From Candidatus Limnocylindria bacterium (GTDB lineage Bacteria > Chloroflexota > Limnocylindria > P2-11E): a stretch of DNA of 64,000 nucleotides. The translations under genes and the position numbers were made by a program. Each line of letters begins with the position of its first letter. The first letter of the stretch is position 1. The notes beneath the pieces are model-generated. The model searched no databases and was not told the DNA's origin. It worked only from the letters and a program-made list of their open reading frames with translations. The DNA is taken from NCBI GenBank assembly GCA_035935465.1, contig DASYXA010000089.1:9692-73691 (forward strand), given 5' to 3'. Positions 1 through 8,133 of this stretch are shown one piece after another.

Positions 1-1182
1 GCGATCGCGGTACGGGGGGTTGAACGACGCATCCCACTGCGCGAGCGCGAAGACCGAGACGATGAGCGCCGCGGTCAGGCCGCCGATGGCGGCCACGCGG
101 CTCCGCTCGACGGTCCCCAGGAGCTCGGTGGTCCCGACGACCCCGAGGGCGACGCCGAAGGGCAGGAACGCGGCGAGCGAATGGAAATACGAGCCGCGGG
201 TCGAGTGCAGCGTGAAGACGAGGCTCTCGGCGAGGTACACGAGGACGAGCAGGCCGGCGAAGACGCCTACGCCGGCGCGATCGCGGCGCGTCCACAGCGC
301 ACGCGCCAGACCGGGCACGAGCAGCAGCCCGAACGCGAAGGCGAACGTCACCAGGTTGGTGACGAGCGCCGCGGGCCTCGACGCGAGCAGCTGATCGACC
401 GACGGCGCGACCGGCGCCCGCACGGCGAAGAAGTCCTCGTAGCGCACGAGGAGCGCGGAGCGCGCGAACAGGTCCGGCGACGATCCGAGGGCGAGATCGC
501 GAGCGAGCCAGCCGAGGCCGATCAGGAGCGCGATCCCCGACGCGATGAGCCCCGCGCGCCGCGAGGCCGGCGAACGGAGGAGCGCGAGGAGCGCGAGCCC
601 GAACAGCGCGCCCTCCGCGCGCGCGAGGAACAGCAGCCCGACGGCGAGACCGGCGCCGATCCCGGCGCGGACGTCGCCGGCAGCCGCGCGGCGGTACGTG
701 AGGAAGAACACCGTCCCGATGACGGCCGCGGGAGCGAACGCATCCAGGCTCACCCATCCCGGCGCGAACGCACCACCGAGGCCGGCGAGCGCGGCCGCGA
801 CGAGCGCGCCGTTCGCCGACGCGCCGAGCGAGCGCGCCGCCCGGTAGGCGACGACGGGGATCGCGCAGGCGATGAGGATCTCGACGGCCTGCGCGCCGTG
901 GAACGCGTCGAGGAACGGGAGCCCCTTGATGCCGACGGCCTGCAGCACGGTGGCGAGCGGCATCCAGAACCGATGGCTCGGCACCGGAAGCGTCCCGGTC
1001 GCCTCGATGAAGTTCCAGATGAAGTCGGCGGTCAGGCCCTGGCCACCTGCGAGGCGCTTGGCGACGTCGGCGTAGTAGTAGGCGTCCGTGTAGCCGGGCT
1101 GGAAGACGACGAACGCGGCGGACAGAACGCGGAATACCAGGAGCGCTCCGACGAGCAGGACGAGCCGGCGAGCGGCGCTCAA
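1..1182 (-). CDS. GT-C family (ArnT/PMT-like, GT39/83-type) integral membrane glycosyltransferase. This is the N-terminal part; the 3' end runs past the window start.
   Basis: Reverse-strand translation from a TTG at 1180-1182 gives MSAARRLVLLVGALLVFRVLSAAFVVFQPGYTDAYYYADVAKRLAGGQGLTADFIWNFIEATGTLPVPSHRFWMPLA..., a multi-TM protein with the typical N-terminus of 4-amino-arabinose / mannosyl transferases. The ORF track does not list it because its stop lies outside the window. Confidence 0.55.
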   Translation of the reverse strand, partial: MSAARRLVLLVGALLVFRVLSAAFVVFQPGYTDAYYYADVAKRLAGGQGLTADFIWNFIEATGTLPVPSHRFWMPLATVLQAVGIKGLPFLDAFHGAQAVEILIACAIPVVAYRAARSLGASANGALVAAALAGLGGAFAPGWVSLDAFAPAAVIGTVFFLTYRRAAAGDVRAGIGAGLAVGLLFLARAEGALFGLALLALLRSPASRRAGLIASGIALLIGLGWLARDLALGSSPDLFARSALLVRYEDFFAVRAPVAPSVDQLLASRPAALVTNLVTFAFAFGLLLVPGLARALWTRRDRAGVGVFAGLLVLVYLAESLVFTLHSTRGSYFHSLAAFLPFGVALGVVGTTELLGTVERSRVAAIGGLTAALIVSVFALAQWDASFNPPYRDR

Positions 1183-1192
1183 CCTCGCGAGT

Positions 1193-2254
1193 CTACGAGC
1201 GGAGCGACTCCTGCCGGCGATGGCGCGCGTACAGGGCGCCGCCGATGACGATGACCGAGAAGACGCTCACCAGGCGGTCCAGCACCGCGACCGCGATGGC
1301 GTCGTGCGTCGCGAGCCCGAAGCCCGTGGTGAGCACGTACACCACGGCAAGCTCGACGAACCCGAAGCCCGCCGGCGTGAGCGGGACGGTCGTAAGGAGC
1401 GACGACGCGACCGCGACGAAGATCACGCCGGAGATCGGAAGCTCGAGCCGGAGCGCGGCGAGGACGAACGCGAGCCGCGCGGCCTCCGCGAGCCAGATGA
1501 CGACGGTCTCGGGACCCGCCTCCGGGAGGGCGCGGAACGAGTGGAGCACCCCCTCGCGGAACAGGCGGCCGATCCGCCGCACCTCGCCCGGGAAGAAGCG
1601 CGCCACGCGCGGCGCGACGTAGTACACGGCGACGAACGCGACGACGATGAGGGCAGCGAGGACCGCGGCCGAGAGGTAGACGAGCCGGAGATCCGGGAGC
1701 ACGGTGCGGCCGAACGCGATGTACCCGCCCACGAGGAGCAGCGCGAAGACGACGAAGATGTCGAGAAGCCGCTCCGCGACGACCACGCCGACGGTGCGCG
1801 ACAGCGAGACGTTGAACCGCTGCTTCACCAGGTAGCTGCGATAGAGATCCCCGAGCTTCGCGGGCGCGAGGCAGTTCACGAACCAGCCGAGCAGCAGGAT
1901 CTCGAGCAGATCGCGGCCGCGGAGCATGAGCCCGCCCTCGCGCAGCAGCCGCGCCCATCGGCGCGCACGCACGGGGAACGTGGCGTAGTAGACGACCAGC
2001 GCCCCCAGCACCAGGAGCGGGTTCGAGCCGCGGATGGTGGCGAGCGCGGTCCCCCAGTCGACGTTGCGCGCGACGATCAACAGGAGGACGAGCGGGACGA
2101 GGATCGAGAGCGCCTCGCGCCAGCCGAACAGCCGGCGCCCGATCGCGCGCTCGTCGGCCAGGCCCGCTTCCTCGGCGAGCCGCTCGATCGACGGGTCTTC
2201 GACGTGCGTCGGGAGCCGCGTCAGGAGGTCCTGCTCCCGCGCCGGCCGAGCCAC
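1193..2254 (-). CDS. UPF0104 / LPG-synthase-TM-domain family integral membrane protein (flippase-like), often found next to glycosyltransferases
   Basis: C-terminal 313 aa of ORF 1193..3097 (RLFGWREALSILVPLVLLLIV...GGALYARHRRQESLRS) are multi-TM. The upstream part of that ORF is an off-frame overlap with the PHP gene. The only canonical start is GTG at 2252-2254, giving a 34-nt overlap with the PHP gene. Alternatively CTG at 2222-2224 overlaps the PHP TGA stop as CTGA. Confidence 0.6.
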   Translation of the reverse strand: MARPAREQDLLTRLPTHVEDPSIERLAEEAGLADERAIGRRLFGWREALSILVPLVLLLIVARNVDWGTALATIRGSNPLLVLGALVVYYATFPVRARRWARLLREGGLMLRGRDLLEILLLGWFVNCLAPAKLGDLYRSYLVKQRFNVSLSRTVGVVVAERLLDIFVVFALLLVGGYIAFGRTVLPDLRLVYLSAAVLAALIVVAFVAVYYVAPRVARFFPGEVRRIGRLFREGVLHSFRALPEAGPETVVIWLAEAARLAFVLAALRLELPISGVIFVAVASSLLTTVPLTPAGFGFVELAVVYVLTTGFGLATHDAIAVAVLDRLVSVFSVIVIGGALYARHRRQESLRS

Positions 2255-2877
2255 TTCCGGAACGTGTCGTACCGCGTGTAGAAATGGATGGAGGGCCCGG
2301 CGAGGCGGCCGGTCACTTCGCCGTTCTTGAGCGAGGCGATGAAGTCGGCCGGTCCCGTGAAGTCCGGGATCTCGACGTACGCGCGGCCGATCTCCCACGG
2401 CCGATGCGCGTCGCTCCCGACCGCGCCGGGGATCCCGTGGAGCACGGAGAACGCGAGCGCGCGGCGGTTGTCGTTCGCGATCGCCTCGCGCGCGTTGAAC
2501 ACCTCGATCGCATCGATCGTCGGCCAGACGCGCTCGAGGGCCTCGCGCTTGATCCGGTAGAGCCGGTTGTGGCTGTACGGGTGCGGGATCGAGACGAGGC
2601 CGCCCTGCTCGTGGATGCGCGCGATCGTCTCCTCGGCGGAGAGGCCCCGCGGGACCGCCTGCTCGAGGAACAGCCCGATGATCTCGCCGTCGCGCGACGA
2701 GACCTCTTCGCCGATCACGACCCGGAAGCCGTCGGCCTGCTCGCGGAGCCGGAGCGCGCCCTCGATCGTGTTGTGGTCGGTCGCGCACACGACGTCGAGG
2801 CCGGCGGCCTTGATCGCGATCGCCTGCACCGAGATCGGCGTGCGGCTGTCCGGCGAGTACTCGCAGTGCGTGTGCAT
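2221..2877 (-). CDS. PHP-domain metal-dependent phosphoesterase (TrpH/YciV-like)
   Basis: The C-terminal 218 aa of ORF 2221..4173 start MHTHCEYSPDSRTPISVQAIAIKAAGLDVVCATDHNTIEGAL, carrying the H-x-H and DHN PHP motifs. ATG at 2875-2877 was verified as cat on the plus strand. The upstream part of the ORF is Arg-rich junk. Confidence 0.65.
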   Translation of the reverse strand: MHTHCEYSPDSRTPISVQAIAIKAAGLDVVCATDHNTIEGALRLREQADGFRVVIGEEVSSRDGEIIGLFLEQAVPRGLSAEETIARIHEQGGLVSIPHPYSHNRLYRIKREALERVWPTIDAIEVFNAREAIANDNRRALAFSVLHGIPGAVGSDAHRPWEIGRAYVEIPDFTGPADFIASLKNGEVTGRLAGPSIHFYTRYDTFRKWLGRRGSRTS

Positions 2878-2906
2878 GTCGAGCTTGATCTGCTTCGGGG
2901 CGTCGG

Positions 2907-4004
2907 TCAGCTCGCTCTCCCTTCGGCGCGCGCGTGGTCGAGGCTTGCGCGGATCCGGGACTCGAATCGTGACACATCGAACCGGCGGGCGGAGCGACGC
3001 AGATCCTGCGGGTCGAAGCCGGCCTGCTCCACTCGGCGGACGGCCGCGGCGAAGAGCTCCGGGTCCGGCGTCGCGACGAGCGCACCGTCGGCGCCATCGC
3101 GGACGATGTCGGTCGCGCCGCCGAGACCGAGCGCGACGACGGGCGCGCCCGAAGCGAGCGCCTCCGCGCACACGATCCCGAAGTCGTCCTCGGCCGGGAA
3201 GATGAACCCGCGCGCGGCGCCGAGCAGCTCCTTCACGGTCGCGTCGTCGACGCGGCCGGTGAACGTCACGTTGTCCCGGGCAAGCCGCTCGAGCGACGAG
3301 CGCTCGCGTCCCTCGCCGACGACGATGAGCCGCATCCCGACCTCGTTGAACGCCTGCACCGCGACGTCGACGCGCTTGTACGCCGAGAGCCGCGAGACGA
3401 TCACCCAGAAGTCGCCGCGCTCGCGCGCGGGCCTGAAGGCGTCGACGTCGACCGGCGGATGGATGACCTCGCTGTCGCGTCCGTAGTAGCGCTTGATCCG
3501 CGCGCGGACGACGTCGGAGTTCGCGATCCAGTGATCGACCCGCTGCGCACCGCGCAGATCGGCGTCGCGCAGGCCTGGGAGCAGCGACCGGATCGTCCCG
3601 CGGAGCGCGCCGGGCACCTCCTCGGCGAGGTACTCCTCGCTCCAATCCCAGAGGTAGCGCGTCGGTGAGTGGCAGTACGCGACGTGGATCGTGTCCTCCG
3701 GCAGGGCGAGGCACTTGATGAACGCGCTCGTCGACGACAGCAGCAGCCCGGTCCCGCTCGCGACGCGCAGGCCGGCGGCGGCGCGCGGGTACAGCGGGAG
3801 GAGCGCGCGATGGAGACCACCACCGAGCGGGATGCTCTGCAGGAACGAGGTCCGCAGCTCGTATCCCGGCAGCGGCCCGTACGCGCGCCTGTCGTGGAAG
3901 AACGTGTAGACCGGCGCGTCCGGATGCATGCGGTGGAACACCTCGACGACGCGCTCCGCGCCGCCGTGCTGCGAGAAGTACTCGTGGGCGAGCGCGACCG
4001 TCAT
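2907..4004 (-). CDS. Glycosyltransferase family 4 (GT-B fold)
   Basis: 365-aa product MTVALAHEYFSQHGGAERVVEVFHRMHPDAPVYT...GLGGATDIV with the EX7E-type C-terminal domain. ATG verified at 4002-4004. It makes a 4-nt ATGA overlap with the upstream tagA-like gene. Confidence 0.8.
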   Translation of the reverse strand: MTVALAHEYFSQHGGAERVVEVFHRMHPDAPVYTFFHDRRAYGPLPGYELRTSFLQSIPLGGGLHRALLPLYPRAAAGLRVASGTGLLLSSTSAFIKCLALPEDTIHVAYCHSPTRYLWDWSEEYLAEEVPGALRGTIRSLLPGLRDADLRGAQRVDHWIANSDVVRARIKRYYGRDSEVIHPPVDVDAFRPARERGDFWVIVSRLSAYKRVDVAVQAFNEVGMRLIVVGEGRERSSLERLARDNVTFTGRVDDATVKELLGAARGFIFPAEDDFGIVCAEALASGAPVVALGLGGATDIVRDGADGALVATPDPELFAAAVRRVEQAGFDPQDLRRSARRFDVSRFESRIRASLDHARAEGRAS

Positions 4005-4732
4005 GCCCCGCGCAGCCGCTGCAGCAGGACGAGGAGCACGAACATCGGGAGGACGCGCTGCCGGCGCCAGCGCCGCGGCTCGCGGATGAGCCGCCAGAGC
4101 CACTCGAGCCCGATCGCGTGGACGACGCCGGGCGGCGCCTTCGCGGCGCCGGCGAGATAGTCGAGGCTGCCACCGACGCCGACCGCGATGCGCACGCTTG
4201 GGAGGCGCTCGAGGCCGCGCGCGATCCACCGCTCCTGCCTGGGCATCCCGAATGCGACCAGCAGGATGTCGGGCGCCGCGGCTGCGACGCGCGGCAGGAC
4301 GTCCGCGTCGTCGTCCGCCGAGCCCCCGTACGTTCCGGCGATGCGCAGCGCCGGATGGCGGCCGCGCAGCGTCGTGGCGGCGCGCTCGGCGACGCCGGGC
4401 GCGGCGCCGAGCAGGAACACCGAGAGGCCGCGCTCGGTCGCGACCGCCGCGAGGCGGTCGACCAGCAGCCGGCCCGGGGCGCGGCCGGGGAGCGGATCGC
4501 GCAGCAGCCGGGCCGCCACGACCGCGCCGGTGCCGTCCGGCACGACGAGGTCGGCGCGCCGGGCGATGGCCGCGAGCTCGGGATCCGCTCGGCAGAGCAT
4601 CACGAACTCGGGATTCGCGGTGACGATGAAGACCCGCTCGCCACGGTCGAGGCAGGCCTCGATCCGGGCCACGGCGTCGACGAGCGCGACCCGATCGAAG
4701 CCGACGCCGAGGATGTCGACGCGGCGGTCCAT
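4001..4732 (-). CDS. WecB/TagA/CpsF family glycosyltransferase (ManNAc/ManNAcA transferase-like)
   Basis: 243-aa product MDRRVDILGVGFDRVALVDAVARIEACLDRGERVFIVTANPEFVM...GSLDYLAGAAKAPPGVVHAIGLEWLWRLIREP, matching the family signature. Confidence 0.8.
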   Translation of the reverse strand: MDRRVDILGVGFDRVALVDAVARIEACLDRGERVFIVTANPEFVMLCRADPELAAIARRADLVVPDGTGAVVAARLLRDPLPGRAPGRLLVDRLAAVATERGLSVFLLGAAPGVAERAATTLRGRHPALRIAGTYGGSADDDADVLPRVAAAAPDILLVAFGMPRQERWIARGLERLPSVRIAVGVGGSLDYLAGAAKAPPGVVHAIGLEWLWRLIREPRRWRRQRVLPMFVLLVLLQRLRGA

Positions 4733-4744
4733 CTGAGGTAGGCC

Positions 4745-5764
4745 CTAGTGGACCGGGACGAGGCTCTTCTTGAAGAAGTCGAAGTGCTCCAGGGCGAGTC
4801 CCGTGCCCTTGGCGACGCAGTACAGCGGGTTGTCCGCGGCGTAGCACGCGACGCCGGTCACCTGCGTCAGGAGCTTGTCCATGTTGCGCAGCAGGGCGCC
4901 ACCGCCGGAGAGGACCATGCCCTTGTCGATGATGTCGGAAGCGAGCTCCGGCGGCGTCTCCTCGAGCACGTTCTTCACCGACGACACGATCTGCTGGAGC
5001 ACCGGCTCCATGGCCTCGGTGATCTCGTTGCTCCCGATGGTGATCGTCCGGGGCAGGCCGGCGATGAGATCGCGGCCGCGGACCTCCATGCTGAGCTCGG
5101 GGTCCATCGGCAGCGCGGAGCCGATCTGGATCTTCACGTCCTCGGCGGTGCGCTCGCCGATCATGAGGTTGTACCGCTTGCGCACGAAGTTCGCGATCGC
5201 TTCGTCGAGCCGGTTGCCGGCGGCGCGCACGCTCTTGCTGACGACGATGCCGCCGAGCGAGATGACCGCGATCTCGGCGGTGCCGCCGCCGATGTCGATG
5301 ATCATGTTGCCGCTCGGCCCCGAGATCGGCAGGTTCGCGCCGATCGCCGCCGCGAGGGGCTCTTCGATGAGATAGGCCTCGCGCGCGCCGGCGCGCAACG
5401 CCGCGTCCTTCACCGCGCGCCGCTCGACGCTCGTGACGCCGGACGGGACGCAGATCATGAGCTCGGGATGGAACACGCGGATCCGCCCGCTCACCTTGTT
5501 GATGAAGTACTCGAGCATCCGCTCGGTGATGACGTAATCGGCGATCACGCCGTCGCGCATCGGGCGAAGCGCCGTGATGCTGCCGGGGGTCCGGCCGAGC
5601 ATCATCCGAGCCTCTTCGCCGACGGCGACGATGCGCGGGCGATTGCCGTTGTCGTCGTGCGCGATCGCCACGACGGACGGCTCCGTGAGCACGATCCCCT
5701 TGCCGCGGACGTACACGATGACGTTGGCGGTCCCGAGGTCGATGCCGATCTGGCGAGCGAACAA
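4745..5764 (-). CDS. mreB: Rod-shape-determining actin homologue MreB
   Basis: 339-aa product (M)[18 protein letters not shown]...[16 protein letters not shown]...[19 protein letters not shown] start at 5762-5764 with an AAAGGGA Shine-Dalgarno about 8 nt upstream. Confidence 0.9.
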   Translation of the reverse strand: MFARQIGIDLGTANVIVYVRGKGIVLTEPSVVAIAHDDNGNRPRIVAVGEEARMMLGRTPGSITALRPMRDGVIADYVITERMLEYFINKVSGRIRVFHPELMICVPSGVTSVERRAVKDAALRAGAREAYLIEEPLAAAIGANLPISGPSGNMIIDIGGGTAEIAVISLGGIVVSKSVRAAGNRLDEAIANFVRKRYNLMIGERTAEDVKIQIGSALPMDPELSMEVRGRDLIAGLPRTITIGSNEITEAMEPVLQQIVSSVKNVLEETPPELASDIIDKGMVLSGGGALLRNMDKLLTQVTGVACYAADNPLYCVAKGTGLALEHFDFFKKSLVPVH

Positions 5765-5834
5765 GCGTTATCCCTTTCACGTCCGGAACGAGGTGCGGGA
5801 ACGTCAGTCTACGCGGGGTCCGGGGCGCAGCGGG

Positions 5835-7007
5835 CTACGCCGGCGCCTGCCCGGTGCCATTCGGTCCGCTCGAGGCGGACACGCGACCGCCAAGCATGAC
5901 CGCCGCCGCGAGCAGCAGCAGCGCGAGCTGCGGCGCGGTCGTCTGCCACGTCGGATACACACCGAAGAACGTGCTCTCGGGGATCGGACCCGGGGTCACC
6001 GGTACGACGCCGGCGACCTGGAGCGCGTGGATCCCGGTCCCGATGAATTTGAACGCGAGGTAGTAGACGAGCGTTCCGGCGACCAGGAAGAACGGCCGGA
6101 TCGGCAAGCGCAGCCCGAACACGAGCATCGCGACACCGATGAGGGTCAGGCCGCCGGCACCGAGGGCCAGTCCGAGCGCGAGGTCGCCCAACGAGATCGA
6201 GGGCGCGATGCCGAGATAGAAGAGCACCGTCTCGGCTCCTTCGCGGAAGACGGCGAGGAACGAGATCAGCGCGAGTGACACCAGGCTGTTCCGCGCGAGC
6301 GCGGACGAGCTCTTGTCGCGGATGTAGCGCTGCCACGCGCCCAGGCTGGATTTCGAGTGAAGCCAATAGCTCATGTACAGGAGCATCACCGCGGCGAAGA
6401 GCCCGACGACCCCTTCGACCACCTCGCGGTTCGTGCCGCCGGTCTGCGCGAATACCAGATTGACGACCACCGCGACGACGACGCTGAGCCCGACACCCGC
6501 GGCGCCGCCGGCCCACACCCAGATCGCCTTGGCGGCGTTGCCGGTCTTGGCGAGGAACGCCAGCAGCGCCGCCACGACGAGCAGCGCCTCGAGCCCCTCG
6601 CGGAGCAGGATGACCGCGGCATCGAACACGCCGTAGCTGGTCGCGTCGAGGAATGGCGCGAGCTCGGCCTTCATCCGCTCGATGACCCCGCGCGCCTTCG
6701 CCGGATCCGGCGGTGCGCCGGTCAGGAGCGCGGTCGCGAGGGCCATGTCGTTCTCGACGTCCACATAGGCCTGCGGCGAGCGTGTCTTCACCAGGCCTTC
6801 GACATCGACCCAGTCGTGCTGGAACGCCTTGACCGCCGCCGCGGCGGCAGGCAGGTCATTCGCCGCGAGCCGTTCCAGAGCCCGGTCCAGATGGGCCACC
6901 GCGTCGCGCATCGTCGGCGTCGTGTCGGCGGCGGCCGGCCGGGCGAGCGGCCCCCCGAGCACGGCGACGAGCGCCGCGGCGCCGAAGACGATCCGGGCGG
7001 CGGTCAC
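5835..7007 (-). CDS. FTR1-family high-affinity iron permease (EfeU-like) with an N-terminal about 150-aa periplasmic domain
   Basis: Two RExxE motifs (LREGLEA and FREGAE) sit in a 7-TM core. GTG start at 7005-7007 overlaps the TGA of the upstream lipoprotein gene as GTGA. The signal-peptide-like N-terminus reads VTAARIVFGAAALVAVLGGPLARPAAA. Confidence 0.8.
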   Translation of the reverse strand: MTAARIVFGAAALVAVLGGPLARPAAADTTPTMRDAVAHLDRALERLAANDLPAAAAAVKAFQHDWVDVEGLVKTRSPQAYVDVENDMALATALLTGAPPDPAKARGVIERMKAELAPFLDATSYGVFDAAVILLREGLEALLVVAALLAFLAKTGNAAKAIWVWAGGAAGVGLSVVVAVVVNLVFAQTGGTNREVVEGVVGLFAAVMLLYMSYWLHSKSSLGAWQRYIRDKSSSALARNSLVSLALISFLAVFREGAETVLFYLGIAPSISLGDLALGLALGAGGLTLIGVAMLVFGLRLPIRPFFLVAGTLVYYLAFKFIGTGIHALQVAGVVPVTPGPIPESTFFGVYPTWQTTAPQLALLLLAAAVMLGGRVSASSGPNGTGQAPA

Positions 7008-7402
7008 TTCAGGGTCGCGACGACGTCATCGACGACGGAGTCGAGCTGCTCGAGCGCGTCGATCGCCTTCTTCGGGTCGGGCGTCGCGGGCACGGTCAGC
7101 ACCGCCTGCACGTCGGTGATGCCGCTCTCGATCTTGGCGTACCCGTCCTTGGTCTTCGCCTTGACGCCGTCCTCGATCGCGGCCCAGCCGGCCTGGAAGC
7201 GCTGGAACGCGGCCTGCGCGCCCGGAATGTCGTTCGCTTTGAGCCGCGCCACCGCGTCATCGAGCTCCCTGGTCAGGGCCGTCAGCGCCGCCGGGCCGGT
7301 CGTGGCCGACCCGCCGACCGACGCGCCACCGCCGCAGGCCGCAAGGAGCAGCATCGCGACCAGGACGAGGGCCGAGATGCGCGTCAGAGCGGAGCGGTCC
7401 AT
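7004..7402 (-). CDS. Small secreted lipoprotein, paralogue of the N-terminal domain of the adjacent FTR1 permease
   Basis: 132-aa product with a lipobox (LLLAAC). The sequence TRELDDAVARLKANDIPGAQAAFQRFQAGWAAIEDGVKAK aligns with AHLDRALERLAANDLPAAAAAVKAFQHDWVDVEGLVKTR of the permease. ATG verified at 7400-7402. Confidence 0.65.
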   Translation of the reverse strand: MDRSALTRISALVLVAMLLLAACGGGASVGGSATTGPAALTALTRELDDAVARLKANDIPGAQAAFQRFQAGWAAIEDGVKAKTKDGYAKIESGITDVQAVLTVPATPDPKKAIDALEQLDSVVDDVVATLK

Positions 7403-7427
7403 AGTTCTCCCGAGCGCGGAGCGTCAC

Positions 7428-7461
7428 TTAGGCTTCCCTAATGTGCGTTAGGGCAACCTAA
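7428..7461. promoter_or_regulatory. Two tandem TTAGG-N4-CCTAA palindromes (iron-box-like end pentamers) in the divergent permease-operon / ideR promoter region
   Basis: TTAGGcttcCCTAA at 7428-7441 and TTAGGgcaaCCTAA at 7448-7461, 20 bp centre to centre. They lie between the lipoprotein ATG (7402) and the repressor ATG (7487). The terminal pentamers match the DtxR/IdeR iron box TTAGG...CCTAA but the spacing is shorter. Confidence 0.5.
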
Positions 7462-7486
7462 CAAATTCCGACTCAGCAGGTCAAGA

Positions 7487-8128
7487 ATGGCGTCGAATGC
7501 TGTCGAGGAGTACCTCCAAGCCGTCTACACGCTGGCCGACGAAAGCGGCCACGTCGTTTCGGCCCGGCTGGCCGAATTCCTTGGCTTTTCCGCGCCGGCG
7601 GTGTCCGAGATGATCCACCGGATGGAGCGCGACGGGCTGGTGTCGCTCGATGGTCATAAAGAAGTGCATCTGACCAAGACGGGGAAGACCCAGGCGGATT
7701 CGATCGTCAGGCGGCACCGGCTGGCCGAACGATTCCTGGTCGAGGTCCTCGGGTTCGAGTGGTGGAAGACCCACGAAGAGGCCGAGCGCCTCGAGCACGC
7801 GATGTCGCCGGAGATGGAGGCGCGGATGGTGCGCGTGCTCGGCGATCCGCAGACCTGCCCGCACGGCAATCCGATGCCCGGCGTCGCGCCGACGCCGACG
7901 CGGCCGCTCGAGACGCTGTCGCGCGGCGAGCGCGCCGCGGTCATGCGCATCCCCGACCAGTTCGAGCACGAGCCCGGGTTCCTCGAGTACCTCGACTCCC
8001 AGGGCGTCCGTCCGGGCGTCGTCATCGAGCTCGTTGAGCGCGGCCCGGCGCTGCTCCGCGTCTCGATCGACGGCGCGATCAGATCCCTGCGACCCGATTG
8101 CGGTCAGAAAGTGTGGCTGGCGGCGTGA
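7487..8128 (+). CDS. ideR: DtxR/IdeR-family iron-dependent transcriptional repressor with a C-terminal FeoA/SH3-like domain
   Basis: 213-aa product MASNAVEEYLQAVYTLADESGHVVSARLAEFLGFSAPAVSEMIHRMERDGLV with an HTH, a metal-binding region (HEEAERLEH and CPHG), and an SH3-like tail. Confidence 0.85.
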   Translation: MASNAVEEYLQAVYTLADESGHVVSARLAEFLGFSAPAVSEMIHRMERDGLVSLDGHKEVHLTKTGKTQADSIVRRHRLAERFLVEVLGFEWWKTHEEAERLEHAMSPEMEARMVRVLGDPQTCPHGNPMPGVAPTPTRPLETLSRGERAAVMRIPDQFEHEPGFLEYLDSQGVRPGVVIELVERGPALLRVSIDGAIRSLRPDCGQKVWLAA

Positions 8129-8133
8129 GCGAG

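Noticed and set aside
181-1248. 355-aa plus-strand ORF (and ORFs 20..394, 545..847, 872..1075)
   Set aside because: Extremely Arg/Glu/Asp-rich and low-complexity, typical of antisense or off-frame translation in 72% GC DNA. The real gene here is the minus-strand GT-C glycosyltransferase.
2221-4173. Full 650-aa and 957-aa ORFs (2221..4173, 2907..5780) as single genes
   Set aside because: Only the C-terminal portions encode recognisable PHP and GT4 proteins with verified ATGs. The N-terminal extensions are Arg-rich read-through across neighbouring genes.
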